A stretch of 53,088 nucleotides of DNA from an archaeon (GCA_021107635.1 JAIOSL010000007.1:102188-155275), one strand, 5' to 3'; positions 29,309 to 39,684 are shown, numbered from the stretch's first letter. Notes: generated from the sequence alone by a model not told the origin. Translations and numbers: made by a program.

Positions 29309-30301
29309 ATGAAAAAAATCACTTTAATTATGTCTTTGCTTGGGTTAGTGCTGCTTTTTTCCTTCTGTCTGGCTGACACGAGCATACAAATGTCTGTGGA
29401 CACTACCGGAGATGTTATGTCCTATCAAGAGATTAATTCTAATGGTACTGTACTTCACGGTCAATTGATTAATTCTAATGGTGATGTTGGTTCATACCAT
29501 GAGATTGATGCAGACGGTGACGTTGAAGTATGGATTGATGGAGTCAATTGGACTAACGTACCTGAACACATAACTGAAAACGAAGACTCTTGGAATAGAG
29601 ACCCTGGAATAACTAGAAAACATGTATCTGGAATGATGCGCGAGTGTTACGAATTCAGATTTGAAGGTAAGAGAGCATCATCAACAACACAGGAATTTTG
29701 TTTTTACTTAGAATTGTATGTTGCAGGTTTGTATGGTTCTCACATGTATCCTGAATTGCACTCAGAAATAGAAGCAGTAGCAGCAGAAACAGAAGAAAAC
29801 CTAACGGGCATGAAAGAAGAGCTTGATGAAGGCATGGATGAACTGGAAGAAAAAACAGAAGAACTTGATTTCAAGAGCAGTTCTAGTCACAAAGACTCAG
29901 TCAAATGGATGAGAGAAAACAAAGAATCACTGCAAGCAATGGCAACAGACCTCAAACAAGAAATGAACGAAAGCCGTGCATCCGTAGAAAACATCAGAGA
30001 AGATTTAGACGAAGTTAACTCAACACTCTCTGAAGAAGGTCTTCAAATGCGCGGAGGTACTGTGGGTCTTGTTGCAGGAGCAGACAAGATTGTGCTTGGA
30101 GGATTAACTGTTTTAGCATTACTCCTAGCTTACTTTTCTTACCTAAGCACTAGGACATATTCTACAGCAATCTCAGGCATCAAACGCAAAGCAGCAGTTC
30201 TTACAGAATCTTCAGAAGATGGAGAGATTGGATTCAAAGTCTTATCTGCTTTAATGGTAATAGCAATACTTGCCTTTCTCATTGCTGGGTTAATAATCTA
30301 A
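29309..30301 (+). CDS. Membrane-anchored surface protein: signal peptide, 12-aa repeats, coiled coil, two C-terminal TM
   Basis: Repeats VDTTGDV/INSNGTV/INSNGDV/IDADGDV; E/K-rich heptad region; two hydrophobic helices. Confidence 0.75.
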   Translation: MKKITLIMSLLGLVLLFSFCLADTSIQMSVDTTGDVMSYQEINSNGTVLHGQLINSNGDVGSYHEIDADGDVEVWIDGVNWTNVPEHITENEDSWNRDPGITRKHVSGMMRECYEFRFEGKRASSTTQEFCFYLELYVAGLYGSHMYPELHSEIEAVAAETEENLTGMKEELDEGMDELEEKTEELDFKSSSSHKDSVKWMRENKESLQAMATDLKQEMNESRASVENIREDLDEVNSTLSEEGLQMRGGTVGLVAGADKIVLGGLTVLALLLAYFSYLSTRTYSTAISGIKRKAAVLTESSEDGEIGFKVLSALMVIAILAFLIAGLII

Positions 30302-30615
30302 CTTATTCCAAACAAAGTAAGAATAAGTACTATTACCAGACCAGGAAGTCCTGCAACCAAAGAAATGACTATGTTAAGTAAACTCATTTCAATATTCACA
30401 TCAAAAAAATGAGGTATCACAAAATGCAAGACGATCAAACCCACCCCGCCAATAACAGCATTAGCAATAAGATTCTTCAAAACCTTATATACAATATATA
30501 CTGCTACAACAAGCAGGACCAAACCGATGACTAGTGTTATGATTCCAGTGGTTGAAGTAATGTCTATTGGAGGAACACTAATGTTTGGAGTTGGTAGCAG
30601 GGACTCGTTTGACAT
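30298..30615 (-). CDS. Small three-TM protein, BofA-like
   Basis: K.LI.NAVIG...L, I......VAGLPG pattern. Confidence 0.65.
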   Translation of the reverse strand: MSNESLLPTPNISVPPIDITSTTGIITLVIGLVLLVVAVYIVYKVLKNLIANAVIGGVGLIVLHFVIPHFFDVNIEMSLLNIVISLVAGLPGLVIVLILTLFGIS

Positions 30616-30689
30616 ACTATGTATTATAAGAACATATTATAAAAGCGTGGGGGTAGACTTAAATAGCCCCTAATTCCAAAAACAACGCC

Positions 30690-31289
30690 ATGCAGTATAC
30701 TGATGAAGAAGCAAAAATCTCATCTGCTCTAGTCAAAGAATCCAAGAAACTTAGTGCGCTCTGTGCAGAACTCAACATGAAAGAAGAGCAAGTAAAGAAA
30801 GCATTGGACACACTCAAAGAAAAAGGACTAGTAAGAGAACGAGAAGGGGTATACTTTCTTCACGGTAACGTGAGAAGCGGAATCCTAGGGAAAGAAGAAA
30901 CACCCGATTGGCCGTTCAAAGTGCATGCCATAATCGAAGGACAAAGCAAAGACAAACAAGTACTAGAAAAAGCAAACAATGTCCTGATAATAAACCTAAA
31001 GAAAGAAAAAATGATAAAAGCATGTGACTTCGTAGAAGAAGACATACTCAAAGAAGGGCGCCTTTACTACGTCATGTTTGAATGTGATGTCTACGCAAAA
31101 CACTTTGAAGATCTAGTTTATTTTGTAATCAAGTATGGTCCAGCATCAATAGAGTTTGAAGACCCCGGTAAATTCACCATGAACCGGAATGAAGCACAAG
31201 GAATCCTAATGGACATATCCACAACACTGCACAGCTACATGCAAACAATCCATCAATTACGCCAAGACCAAGAAATAATCATCAAATGA
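30690..31289 (+). CDS. Hypothetical protein: N-terminal wHTH + conserved archaeal domain
   Basis: L..L.EKGLV wHTH; AIIEG ... KYGPASIE..P motif. Confidence 0.65.
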   Translation: MQYTDEEAKISSALVKESKKLSALCAELNMKEEQVKKALDTLKEKGLVREREGVYFLHGNVRSGILGKEETPDWPFKVHAIIEGQSKDKQVLEKANNVLIINLKKEKMIKACDFVEEDILKEGRLYYVMFECDVYAKHFEDLVYFVIKYGPASIEFEDPGKFTMNRNEAQGILMDISTTLHSYMQTIHQLRQDQEIIIK

Positions 31290-31391
31290 TGAAGCCCCCA
31301 AAATCCTCATACCTTTTCATACAAATCTTTATAAAGGGCTTCGATTACAAGACTTGAGTCTTAGGTAAAAAATCGTTAAACATCGTAAATA

Positions 31392-31498
31392 CCGAAAACT
31401 TTATAAATCATTTAATCATTTATGTTCATGCGGCCTGAAGTAGAGATATTTAGGTTGCGTGTAAATCTTTTTAAAGATACATCTTAAATATGAGGTGA
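31392..31498 (+). promoter_or_regulatory. S-layer promoter (BRE+TATA), structured 5' leader and SD
   Basis: CCGAAAAC-TTTATAAA at 31392-31407; hairpin 31427-31461; GAGGTGA at 31492-31498. A second TTTATAAA lies at about 31328. Confidence 0.65.
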
Positions 31499-31505
31499 AA
31501 AAAGA

Positions 31506-33935
31506 ATGAAGTCAATAAACATAAAAAAAGTAGCAACCATCGCTGCCGGTGCAGTGATGTTAGCAGGCGCTGCATTCGCAGCAGTCAATGTGCCTACTGA
31601 AGCTGCTGACCCTGGCTTTTATTGGGATGACAACGGAAACGTTATCTCTCAAGTAGTCTTGGGTTCGCAAGCACAGGCTGTTGACGGTGTGCAAGCAGCC
31701 AAATTCGCTGCTTTCCTCGGAAGCAAAGCTTACGTCACAGGTGACGCAGGCGGAGAAGGAACTGTCCTAGGTGAAGACGTTGATCTGACTTGTGCAGTCA
31801 CTGTCGAAACTGAAGGCGGTCAAATCGAATTGCCCGAAGAAAGTGTAAAAACTGACATAGCTTATACCGGAGGACTAACCTCCGCTAACAGGCTTACTCT
31901 CCAAACTTCAGAGGGTATGCAAAAAGGCTATGTAAAGTACAAGAGCACAGAGTATGACTACGAAGAAAAAGTAGTCGCTGGTGACAATACTATTGGATTA
32001 GGATACGTTGAAGGAAACGACTATCATGGCGTTCACTTCTCTAATCTACGTGGTACTGGAGCAAGCGGAAAGTACTACTACAGATTCGACTTCCTAGACA
32101 ATTTCCCAATCGAGTCATTAACTGACACAGTCACAATACCTTTCCTTGGAGAGGACTATGTGATTAACAAAGTCAAAACAAACGAAATTGAACTCGTTAA
32201 GGGAACCAAAATCGACCTAGGTGTCGGACAACAACAAGACGTTACTGTTGGTAACACTACCTACACTGTAACTCTGAAAGACGTTGGTTTCGATGAAGGA
32301 ACCTCTACAGGATACGCATTCGTTGAAGTAGTAAAAGGCAGTGACTCCAGTACAATCAAACTAGACAAAGGAGACAGTGCTGCAGTGCTCGGCCTAACTG
32401 TTTACGTCCAAGCAGCAGCCAAATCTTACGCAACAGGTACACAAGGTACCGCAACACTAAGAGTTGGTGGAGAAGCACTCAAACTAAAGAGCGGATACGC
32501 CTATCCAAATGACGCAGACTGGGAAGTCAAAATAACTACATCTACCACAGGACAATGTTACACCACCGGTTCATGCAGTACATACATTGACTACATCAGC
32601 CTTTACTACGACAAAAATGTCAAAGCTAAAGATGGCGTCATCTCAGTAGCTGGACCAGAAGATTACTTCTGGCTAGAATACATGGGAACTCAAGTTGACC
32701 AAGGATGGAACACTTGGGAATATGAGGACCTTTGGGTTGGAGCAGGTATAGAATCTAGTGACGCATATCCAGATTATATCAGATATACCGACTACAGCAA
32801 CAACAGAGACTTTGCTGTGAACCTGAACGACGGAACTGATCAGCTAGCCTTCCTAGCTTCAACAGCAGCAGGTTTCATCGGAAACTGGACCAACGCTACA
32901 GTTAACACGCCTCTAGCTCTAACTGAAGGAGACTTGTTCTTCGTCAACAACGCTCCAGTATACGTTAGTGCAATTAACATGGCTAGTACCCTAGCTGATG
33001 CACAAATGACTCTGGAAGAGAACTATGGTATCGTAGACAGCACAGCAACGTCTAGAGATGTCAAAGCTAACGGTGGAACAAACTATGCAGCAACTGGTTG
33101 GTATCTATCCTCACCAACACTGGTTGGGTCAACCGTCGAGCTAAACTGGACTTACAACGGTTCAATCCACTCAACTCCATACGTGAGAGTTCTTAGTGGA
33201 GCAAGCAATACAATCCGAACTAAGTACGGTTATATCGACTGGACACACATGGACAATGCATCAACAGAAATCCTAGGACCAACCAACGTTCTCGTAACCA
33301 CACCAGCTAGTAGTACCCTAACCTTTGGCTACGACAATGCATCAACCAACGAAGGTTATTGGCTATCTGATGGCTCCACTAACGTATCTAAGCAAAACAC
33401 AGCAAACACTGACTACGAGTCATACCTCTACCACAAAGCCGCTGACTATTCAGCAGAAGCTGATGAAGACGAAACTACCACACGAGTCAAAATTACTCTA
33501 CCAGAACAACAACCACTAAAACACAGAGTAACCTTGACAAGAACTGGAATCGCAGCAACAGAAGCAGGACAATCCACATACACCTATCCAGATTTCAGCG
33601 GAGCTGTCGTAGACATGACTTGTGAAGCAGCAGACGTAGTTTATGACCTACCTCCAACTGGAGTTAGCTTCGGAACCGTCGGAATGGATATCGTTATCCT
33701 AGACACAGATCAACCAAGAGGAAACGCACTCATTCTAGGTGGACACGCAGTCAACGCAAAAGCAGTTGGCGCAACTGAAGAAGCTTTAACCGCAGCTGGA
33801 TCAACACACGTCTCAAAAGAAGGAACAAACGTCTTTGTTGCCGGTTGGGCAGGTACAGACACCAAGAGCGCAATTGACGCTTTGATTGACGCAATCAAAG
33901 TAGCAATGGTCGCAGAACCAGTAGAAGAAGCCTAA
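31506..33935 (+). CDS. S-layer protein
   Basis: Leader MKSINIKKVATIAAGAVML, VVLG.....DG..AA, IPFLG..Y, C-terminal LILGG.AVN and VAG..G.DT..A; acidic, with NxS/T sequons. Confidence 0.88.
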   Translation: MKSINIKKVATIAAGAVMLAGAAFAAVNVPTEAADPGFYWDDNGNVISQVVLGSQAQAVDGVQAAKFAAFLGSKAYVTGDAGGEGTVLGEDVDLTCAVTVETEGGQIELPEESVKTDIAYTGGLTSANRLTLQTSEGMQKGYVKYKSTEYDYEEKVVAGDNTIGLGYVEGNDYHGVHFSNLRGTGASGKYYYRFDFLDNFPIESLTDTVTIPFLGEDYVINKVKTNEIELVKGTKIDLGVGQQQDVTVGNTTYTVTLKDVGFDEGTSTGYAFVEVVKGSDSSTIKLDKGDSAAVLGLTVYVQAAAKSYATGTQGTATLRVGGEALKLKSGYAYPNDADWEVKITTSTTGQCYTTGSCSTYIDYISLYYDKNVKAKDGVISVAGPEDYFWLEYMGTQVDQGWNTWEYEDLWVGAGIESSDAYPDYIRYTDYSNNRDFAVNLNDGTDQLAFLASTAAGFIGNWTNATVNTPLALTEGDLFFVNNAPVYVSAINMASTLADAQMTLEENYGIVDSTATSRDVKANGGTNYAATGWYLSSPTLVGSTVELNWTYNGSIHSTPYVRVLSGASNTIRTKYGYIDWTHMDNASTEILGPTNVLVTTPASSTLTFGYDNASTNEGYWLSDGSTNVSKQNTANTDYESYLYHKAADYSAEADEDETTTRVKITLPEQQPLKHRVTLTRTGIAATEAGQSTYTYPDFSGAVVDMTCEAADVVYDLPPTGVSFGTVGMDIVILDTDQPRGNALILGGHAVNAKAVGATEEALTAAGSTHVSKEGTNVFVAGWAGTDTKSAIDALIDAIKVAMVAEPVEEA

Positions 33936-33948
33936 AAACATAAAAACC

Positions 33949-33988
33949 TGAAAGGGGTCAAAAACCCCTTTCACCATTCTATTTTTTT
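33949..33988 (+). terminator. Intrinsic terminator of the S-layer gene
   Basis: TGAAAGGGGT-CAAAA-ACCCCTTTCA perfect 10-bp stem followed by a T7 tract. Confidence 0.8.
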
Positions 33989-34017
33989 ATACTTAAATGA
34001 GTAATAACTAACGTGCG

Positions 34018-34851
34018 GTGTTTACCTTGAAAAAAATTATTTTACTAATTCCTTTATTGCTTTTAATTGGTTGTTTTGGTCCTTCTGGGGATCAACTGTC
34101 TGTTTCAGTTAATGATCCTGTTAGAATTGGTTATGTTGATATTCTGGTTGAGTCTTCTGGTGATTTAGAGAACCTTGCTGTTTCTGTTGGAGGTCTTCCA
34201 GCAGAGCATGTTTCTACAGAGGGAAGCATGCACAAGTTCAAGTATTTTGTTTCTCCGTATTCCACAAGAGATCCATTAGGCGTGCAAAAAGTGGAAGCTG
34301 TTGCTAGTGCTTCAAATGGTCAGCCAGTTAAGGCTTCTGCAGAATTAAATATTTCTTATTTTGCTATTGGAGAAAAGTTTGATGGAGTCACATACTATTA
34401 TTTTGCTGAACCTCCTTCTCCAACAAATCTTAATCCTGAATATGCTTTCCCTGATGATGTTTTGAGGAAAATTGTTTTTGAAGGAGAAAATGTCAATTTT
34501 TTCTTTGAATTGGATGAAGGTGAATCCGACAGAAACGCTGAAATAATCAATACTTTTCAGTCACTTATCGTTGCTGTTACTTCTAAAGGTCAAGACATAA
34601 CTTCTTATGGTGTGGAAGTCAAAGATGGTCAATGGGTTAATTGTATTGATACTGAAATGGAACATGTAGATTTATCTGATTGTGAAAGAATTGCAAACAA
34701 TGAGCATAGCATAGTTCTAAAACTTCCTGATTATCCTACAACTCAAATTTACATTCATGGTAATGCTGTTGAGTTACAGCCAACTGATGGTCAGGTAGTT
34801 CTAGTTATCGGTTCTTTTGTTAAGACAATAACTCAGACCTCTTCTTTCTAA
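34018..34851 (+). CDS. Putative lipoprotein
   Basis: KK-hydrophobic-LIGC lipobox-like leader; acidic. Confidence 0.7.
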   Translation: MFTLKKIILLIPLLLLIGCFGPSGDQLSVSVNDPVRIGYVDILVESSGDLENLAVSVGGLPAEHVSTEGSMHKFKYFVSPYSTRDPLGVQKVEAVASASNGQPVKASAELNISYFAIGEKFDGVTYYYFAEPPSPTNLNPEYAFPDDVLRKIVFEGENVNFFFELDEGESDRNAEIINTFQSLIVAVTSKGQDITSYGVEVKDGQWVNCIDTEMEHVDLSDCERIANNEHSIVLKLPDYPTTQIYIHGNAVELQPTDGQVVLVIGSFVKTITQTSSF

Positions 34852-35944
34852 ATAAAAATTCAAGAACTGTAGTAGCATAAACTCCTTTAGACAAAGAGAA
34901 TCTTACTCTAACCCAATCACTTCCTTTTTCAAGAACTTTAAAATCTTCTAATTCGATATACAATGGCCTTCTTAAACCGCGCGTTGATAGGTAGGGCATA
35001 CCATGAAGTTGAAAATCTTTAAGTTCCAGCCATTCGCTTGAGAGAGTTTCTTGTTCAATTTCTCCTTGTTTGCCTTCAGCAAGTTTTGATTCAAATCCGT
35101 AGAGTGGCCCAGTTGGTACGTTCCCGTCCAGAATGTCTCCTTCCATTGGATCAAATCCCAGCTCTAGTCTTTTTTGTAAGACTTTGTTGAATAGGTATGA
35201 CTGGTAGGCATGCACAAACATTAGTACTAATTTGCGTGGAAGGGTGTTTAGTGCGCCTACAAAATTTTCCGGACTTTTTGCCAGTTGGCCTAGCAAAGTG
35301 CGTTCATATTTTAAGTGTTTAGGATAGTATTTGAGTGCTTGCTCATAATCTTTTTCTTTTGCTAGACGTTTTCTTGCTTCTTGTTCTTCTGGACTTTCAG
35401 TGTTAAAATTTTCCCACAAGTAAATTTCTACCGCAAGCTTGTATTGTTCATTTACTAATGCTTTTCCAACTAAGTGCGTTATTGGTCTTCTTTCTCCAAA
35501 ACGTTGAACTCCAAAAAAGTTAGGAATTTTTTCTTTTGGACTTTTCATTTTGTCAATGTCTTTCACAAGAAGTGTGAATCTGTTTCCGCTTAGATTGCCT
35601 AGATTAACCGGTTTGTCTGAATACATTAATGGAGTGAGTTTAATATCTTTGATTTTAATGCGCTCTAAGTGTTCTTTCTTAAGGTTCCGTGCGCTTGCGC
35701 GTTGTATTGTAATTGCTCTTCTGTCTTTAGTCCCAGCGAATTCAAAGCGTTTTTTTGAGACGTGTGCTCTTAACGCTATTTCATTTATGGCACTCATGGT
35801 GTTCCAATTTTTTTTCTGTAACGCAAAAACAAGGTATTCTCCTTTACTATTGACCCATTTCAGTTCTTTATCTACTTCAAGTATGTGTCCTTTTGGTGTG
35901 ATTTCTTCGACTATGAAGTCTTCTGGTTGTTCTTTGATTCTCAT
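34820..35944 (-). CDS. truD: tRNA pseudouridine(13) synthase
   Basis: PEDFIVEEI, AGTKDRRAIT.Q, GNRF, NFFGVQRFG, HAYQSYLFN, L.KG.YAT. Confidence 0.94.
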   Translation of the reverse strand: MRIKEQPEDFIVEEITPKGHILEVDKELKWVNSKGEYLVFALQKKNWNTMSAINEIALRAHVSKKRFEFAGTKDRRAITIQRASARNLKKEHLERIKIKDIKLTPLMYSDKPVNLGNLSGNRFTLLVKDIDKMKSPKEKIPNFFGVQRFGERRPITHLVGKALVNEQYKLAVEIYLWENFNTESPEEQEARKRLAKEKDYEQALKYYPKHLKYERTLLGQLAKSPENFVGALNTLPRKLVLMFVHAYQSYLFNKVLQKRLELGFDPMEGDILDGNVPTGPLYGFESKLAEGKQGEIEQETLSSEWLELKDFQLHGMPYLSTRGLRRPLYIELEDFKVLEKGSDWVRVRFSLSKGVYATTVLEFLFRKKRSELLS

Positions 35945-35948
35945 GTTC

Positions 35949-37148
35949 TCACTTGAATCTGAGCAAAGCTCCTATCCCACCAAAACTTTTTAGAAATTGT
36001 TCTCCTTCTTGTGTTTCAGTAGATATCAGTTCGACTTCTGATCCTGTGCCTTCAGCGAGTTCCATTAAGTATTCTACAAGGTCTTCTTCTTCATCCTCTA
36101 TTAATGGAGCACCACATGACGCACATTTTCCTATGTTTGAAGGAGAGTGCTCAACTATTTTTTCTTGTTTTTTTCCGCATTGTGGACATTCAAGAGTGAG
36201 CTTTTTCTTTTCTAGGTCTTCTGATAACAAGAGTATTTTGACTTTGCCAAAAGTAATAGCTTGCATCACTTCTTTCAATCCATAAGTTGCAAGGCCACCA
36301 ACACTAGCTTCTTTGAAAAAATTGTTTATCAGTTCTTTTTCTTTTACAACTTCCAAGCCTTCAATCAACTGGCCGGATTTTTCTGAGAGTTCTTTAATTC
36401 CGAACTCGTCTGTATAACCTGTGTCAATCGTTCCTAAAACTTTTCTTTTGGTTACCGCGCTGAGATAATCTTCATTGAGAAAAAATTCTTTCGTTGGTCC
36501 AGGCCCTCCAAGAATTACTCCAACGACTCTACTTTCATCGAATGTTTTACTTGCTATCTCGCCTATTTTTTTGAACCATTCATGTGCAGCAATTTCGATT
36601 AGTCTTTCAAAACGAACAGAGCTTTGGCCCCCCGCACGGTGCTTTCCAGGCACTTGTGAATTCAAAGTTTTGACTATATCTATGCGTTTGCCTTTGAGCA
36701 AAGCGATTGCTGCTTCTCTCCTATCAAGTGTCATTAATCCATACACTTTTTTTGGTTCAAGCATTCTTTCAAGAGGATCCAAAAAAAACGAGGAATCACA
36801 ACGATATGCTTGAATAGGCACGGGCTGAGGTGGATCAATTGAAAACAGTTCTATTTTACCGCTAGGGTTTCCACTAACATTACCTGCGAATAAAGCTATT
36901 CCATTTGAAGGCGTTTTTTTGATTCCTTTCAGCGCGTGTAACAAGCGGTCAATTGCTCCTGTCACGTTTTTTTTGGTTTGTTTGCTTTTGATGTTCATTG
37001 CTTGTCCGGATTCATCGCGCAGTTTGCCAACCACTTCATGAATGTTGTAGTCTGGTGGTATGTAAATTGTGATTAGCTCAGTTCCTTGTCCTTTCATCTT
37101 TTTCATTTCATCTAGCTTTCTTTTGAACTTATAGTCCTGTTTTTCCAT
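35949..37148 (-). CDS. prf1: Peptide chain release factor aRF1
   Basis: GTELIT.YIPP, NIKS, YRCD, AGGQS..RF, FGGIGALLRF. Confidence 0.96.
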   Translation of the reverse strand: MEKQDYKFKRKLDEMKKMKGQGTELITIYIPPDYNIHEVVGKLRDESGQAMNIKSKQTKKNVTGAIDRLLHALKGIKKTPSNGIALFAGNVSGNPSGKIELFSIDPPQPVPIQAYRCDSSFFLDPLERMLEPKKVYGLMTLDRREAAIALLKGKRIDIVKTLNSQVPGKHRAGGQSSVRFERLIEIAAHEWFKKIGEIASKTFDESRVVGVILGGPGPTKEFFLNEDYLSAVTKRKVLGTIDTGYTDEFGIKELSEKSGQLIEGLEVVKEKELINNFFKEASVGGLATYGLKEVMQAITFGKVKILLLSEDLEKKKLTLECPQCGKKQEKIVEHSPSNIGKCASCGAPLIEDEEEDLVEYLMELAEGTGSEVELISTETQEGEQFLKSFGGIGALLRFK

Positions 37149-37207
37149 TAGTATCGACTTTAGTTTTGCACTTAGCTTTTTATAATACAATCGCGTATTT
37201 TAAGTCT

Positions 37208-37879
37208 ATGCCAGCGGTCATTCTAAAAATCGGAGGATCTTCCTTGGGTACTGAAGGTATCGATGCTGAGAGTGTTAACGCTACTTGTTCTATTATCAAA
37301 AAACTAAAAAAGAATGTTTCTCTTGGTGTTGTCGTTGGTGCAGGTAAAGTTGGTGGAAGTTATGTCAATGCTGCAAGGCAATTGAATGTCAATGAATTTC
37401 AGCTTGATTCTATTGCCATAGATGTGTCTCGTTTAAACGCCAAGCTTTTAGCTCGAGGAGCCGGAATTAAAACAGAAGTTCCTACTACTGTAGAAGAAGC
37501 TTCAAAAATGTTGAAAGCGAACGGTATTGTTGTAATGGGCGGAACAACTCCTGGCCATACAACTAACACTGTTGCAGCATTACTCGCTGAAGATAATGAA
37601 GCCAAACTAATCAATGTTACTCGTGTAGGCGGAATATTTGATAAAGACCCTGGAAAGAACAAAGACGCCAAAAAACTATCCTCGATTACTCCGGAAGAGC
37701 TTATTGCTATGGCAACTAAGTTTGATGACAGGAAAGCAAGAACTCATTTTGTTTTTGATTTACTAGCTTCAAAAATAATCGCTCGTTCGAAAATTCCGAC
37801 TTGCATAATCAACTCTAATCCAGTAGAAATAGAAAATGCTTGCATGGGTAAAGCTCATTCAGGTACAATAGTCGAATAA
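37208..37879 (+). CDS. pyrH: Uridylate kinase (archaeal type)
   Basis: LKIGGS, VVGAG, MGGTTPGHTT, V.GIFDKDP. Confidence 0.9.
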   Translation: MPAVILKIGGSSLGTEGIDAESVNATCSIIKKLKKNVSLGVVVGAGKVGGSYVNAARQLNVNEFQLDSIAIDVSRLNAKLLARGAGIKTEVPTTVEEASKMLKANGIVVMGGTTPGHTTNTVAALLAEDNEAKLINVTRVGGIFDKDPGKNKDAKKLSSITPEELIAMATKFDDRKARTHFVFDLLASKIIARSKIPTCIINSNPVEIENACMGKAHSGTIVE

Positions 37880-37892
37880 AAAAGGTGGTTCT

Positions 37893-38318
37893 TTGGAAGT
37901 CAATGCATGCCTGGGCGGAACTTTTAACAATCTTCATGAAGGGCATAAAAAGCTGATAGAAACAGCGTTCAAATTTGCTGATAGTGTTCTTATCGGATTA
38001 TCCTCTGATGAATTTGCGAAAAAACGCGGGAAAAAAGCAGTTTCTTACGAGCAAAGAAAACAGCAGCTTGAGCAATTTCTTTCACAAAATCACTGGCAAG
38101 CAGAGATAATAGAATTGAATGATCCTATCGGTCCGGCTTTAGAACCTCGCTTTAATGCAATAATCGTAAGTGAAGAAACTCGAGGACAAGCAGAAAAGAT
38201 AAATCAAGAACGTATCAACAGACAGTTACATTCTCTCACAATACTCACAATCCCAATGTACATTGATGATAATGGAGACAAACTCTCCTCAAGTCTTTTA
38301 AACAATACTGGAGAATGA
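37893..38318 (+). CDS. coaD: Phosphopantetheine adenylyltransferase (archaeal type)
   Basis: GGTFNNLHEGH, GLSSD, VSEET, IN..R, LSSS. Confidence 0.88.
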   Translation: MEVNACLGGTFNNLHEGHKKLIETAFKFADSVLIGLSSDEFAKKRGKKAVSYEQRKQQLEQFLSQNHWQAEIIELNDPIGPALEPRFNAIIVSEETRGQAEKINQERINRQLHSLTILTIPMYIDDNGDKLSSSLLNNTGE

Positions 38319-38324
38319 AAACAT

Positions 38325-39674
38325 ATGACCTATTCTAAAAAAATTACTGCCACTCTCAAACAAAAAGGACTGAAAGAAGGCCAAAGAATCAAGATAGGCG
38401 TTTATGAAGGTTTGTTAATGCCTTCGCCAGAAATAACCGGGTCACCAGACTATCTAATAATCAAACTAGATAACGGATACAACATTGGAATAAAATACAC
38501 TAGCAAAACTAAACTAGAAAAATCAAACACACCTGAACCAGAAGCAATCAAACAAGAATACCTTTATGAAACAATGGATCAACACGTAGAAAAAATAGAA
38601 CAAGCACATTCAAAACCACCCATAGCCATACTGGCTGTAGGTGGAACAATTGCATCCAAAGTTGATTATAAAACAGGAGCAGTAAATGCTAAACTGACTG
38701 CAAGAGACCTAGTAAGAATGGTTCCTGAGTTAAGACGTATAGCAACCATTAAAATGGATACACTATCCGAAGTCATGAGCGAAGACATGAATCATGTGCA
38801 CTGGCAAACACTTGCAAAAGAAACAGCCAAACAATTAAACCAAGGCGCTGAAGGTGTAGTAATAACTCATGGCACAGACGCTATGCACTTCTCTTCTGCC
38901 GCGCTTTCCTTTATGCTACCAAAACTGCCAAAGCCTGTAGTGTTTACTGGTTCACAGCGTTCACCTGACAGAGGCTCCGCAGACTCCTCAATGAACTTAA
39001 TCTGTTCTGTACACGCAGCAAAAAATGATGTTGCTGAAGTCGGCATTTGCATGCACGCTGAACTGGACGACAACTATTGCATTTATAGCAGAGGAACAAA
39101 AGTCAGGAAAATGCATTCAACGCTACGCAAAGCATTCAGGCCAATAAACGATTATCCACTAGCAAAAGTTTGGCCTTCTGGACGCTTTCAGATGACTAAC
39201 CGAAGAGTCAAATTCAGAAGCACTGAAAAAGCCAAGACGGACACTAAGTTTGAACCAAAAGTTGCCCTCATAAAAGCATATCCTGGTTCGGAACCTAAAC
39301 TTATCGACTATCTAATAAAACAAGGCTACAAAGGCATTATCATAGAAGGAATGGCATTAGGGCATGTGCCCACACAAGCCAAAAAGTCTTGGATACCACA
39401 CGTCAAAAAAGCAATCCAAAGTGGAGTCCCTGTGATAGTAACAACACAATGCTATTACGGCAGAGTAAATCCAGATGTATACACAAATCTAAGAATCCTC
39501 TACTACGAAGCAGAAGCAATTCCTGGTGCAGACATGCTCTCAGAAACAGCATATGTCAAACTTGGATGGGTTTTAGGACATGTCAAATCCATGAAAAAAG
39601 TTAGAGAAATGATGCTTACCAATTATGCTGGTGAACTGAATGCCAGACTAGAACCAAGAATGTTCCTCTATTAA
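38325..39674 (+). CDS. gatD: Glu-tRNA(Gln) amidotransferase subunit D
   Basis: KLDNGYNIG, GGTIASKVDY.TG, HGTD, QRSPDR, RKMH. Confidence 0.95.
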   Translation: MTYSKKITATLKQKGLKEGQRIKIGVYEGLLMPSPEITGSPDYLIIKLDNGYNIGIKYTSKTKLEKSNTPEPEAIKQEYLYETMDQHVEKIEQAHSKPPIAILAVGGTIASKVDYKTGAVNAKLTARDLVRMVPELRRIATIKMDTLSEVMSEDMNHVHWQTLAKETAKQLNQGAEGVVITHGTDAMHFSSAALSFMLPKLPKPVVFTGSQRSPDRGSADSSMNLICSVHAAKNDVAEVGICMHAELDDNYCIYSRGTKVRKMHSTLRKAFRPINDYPLAKVWPSGRFQMTNRRVKFRSTEKAKTDTKFEPKVALIKAYPGSEPKLIDYLIKQGYKGIIIEGMALGHVPTQAKKSWIPHVKKAIQSGVPVIVTTQCYYGRVNPDVYTNLRILYYEAEAIPGADMLSETAYVKLGWVLGHVKSMKKVREMMLTNYAGELNARLEPRMFLY

Positions 39675-39684
39675 AGGTGATCAA

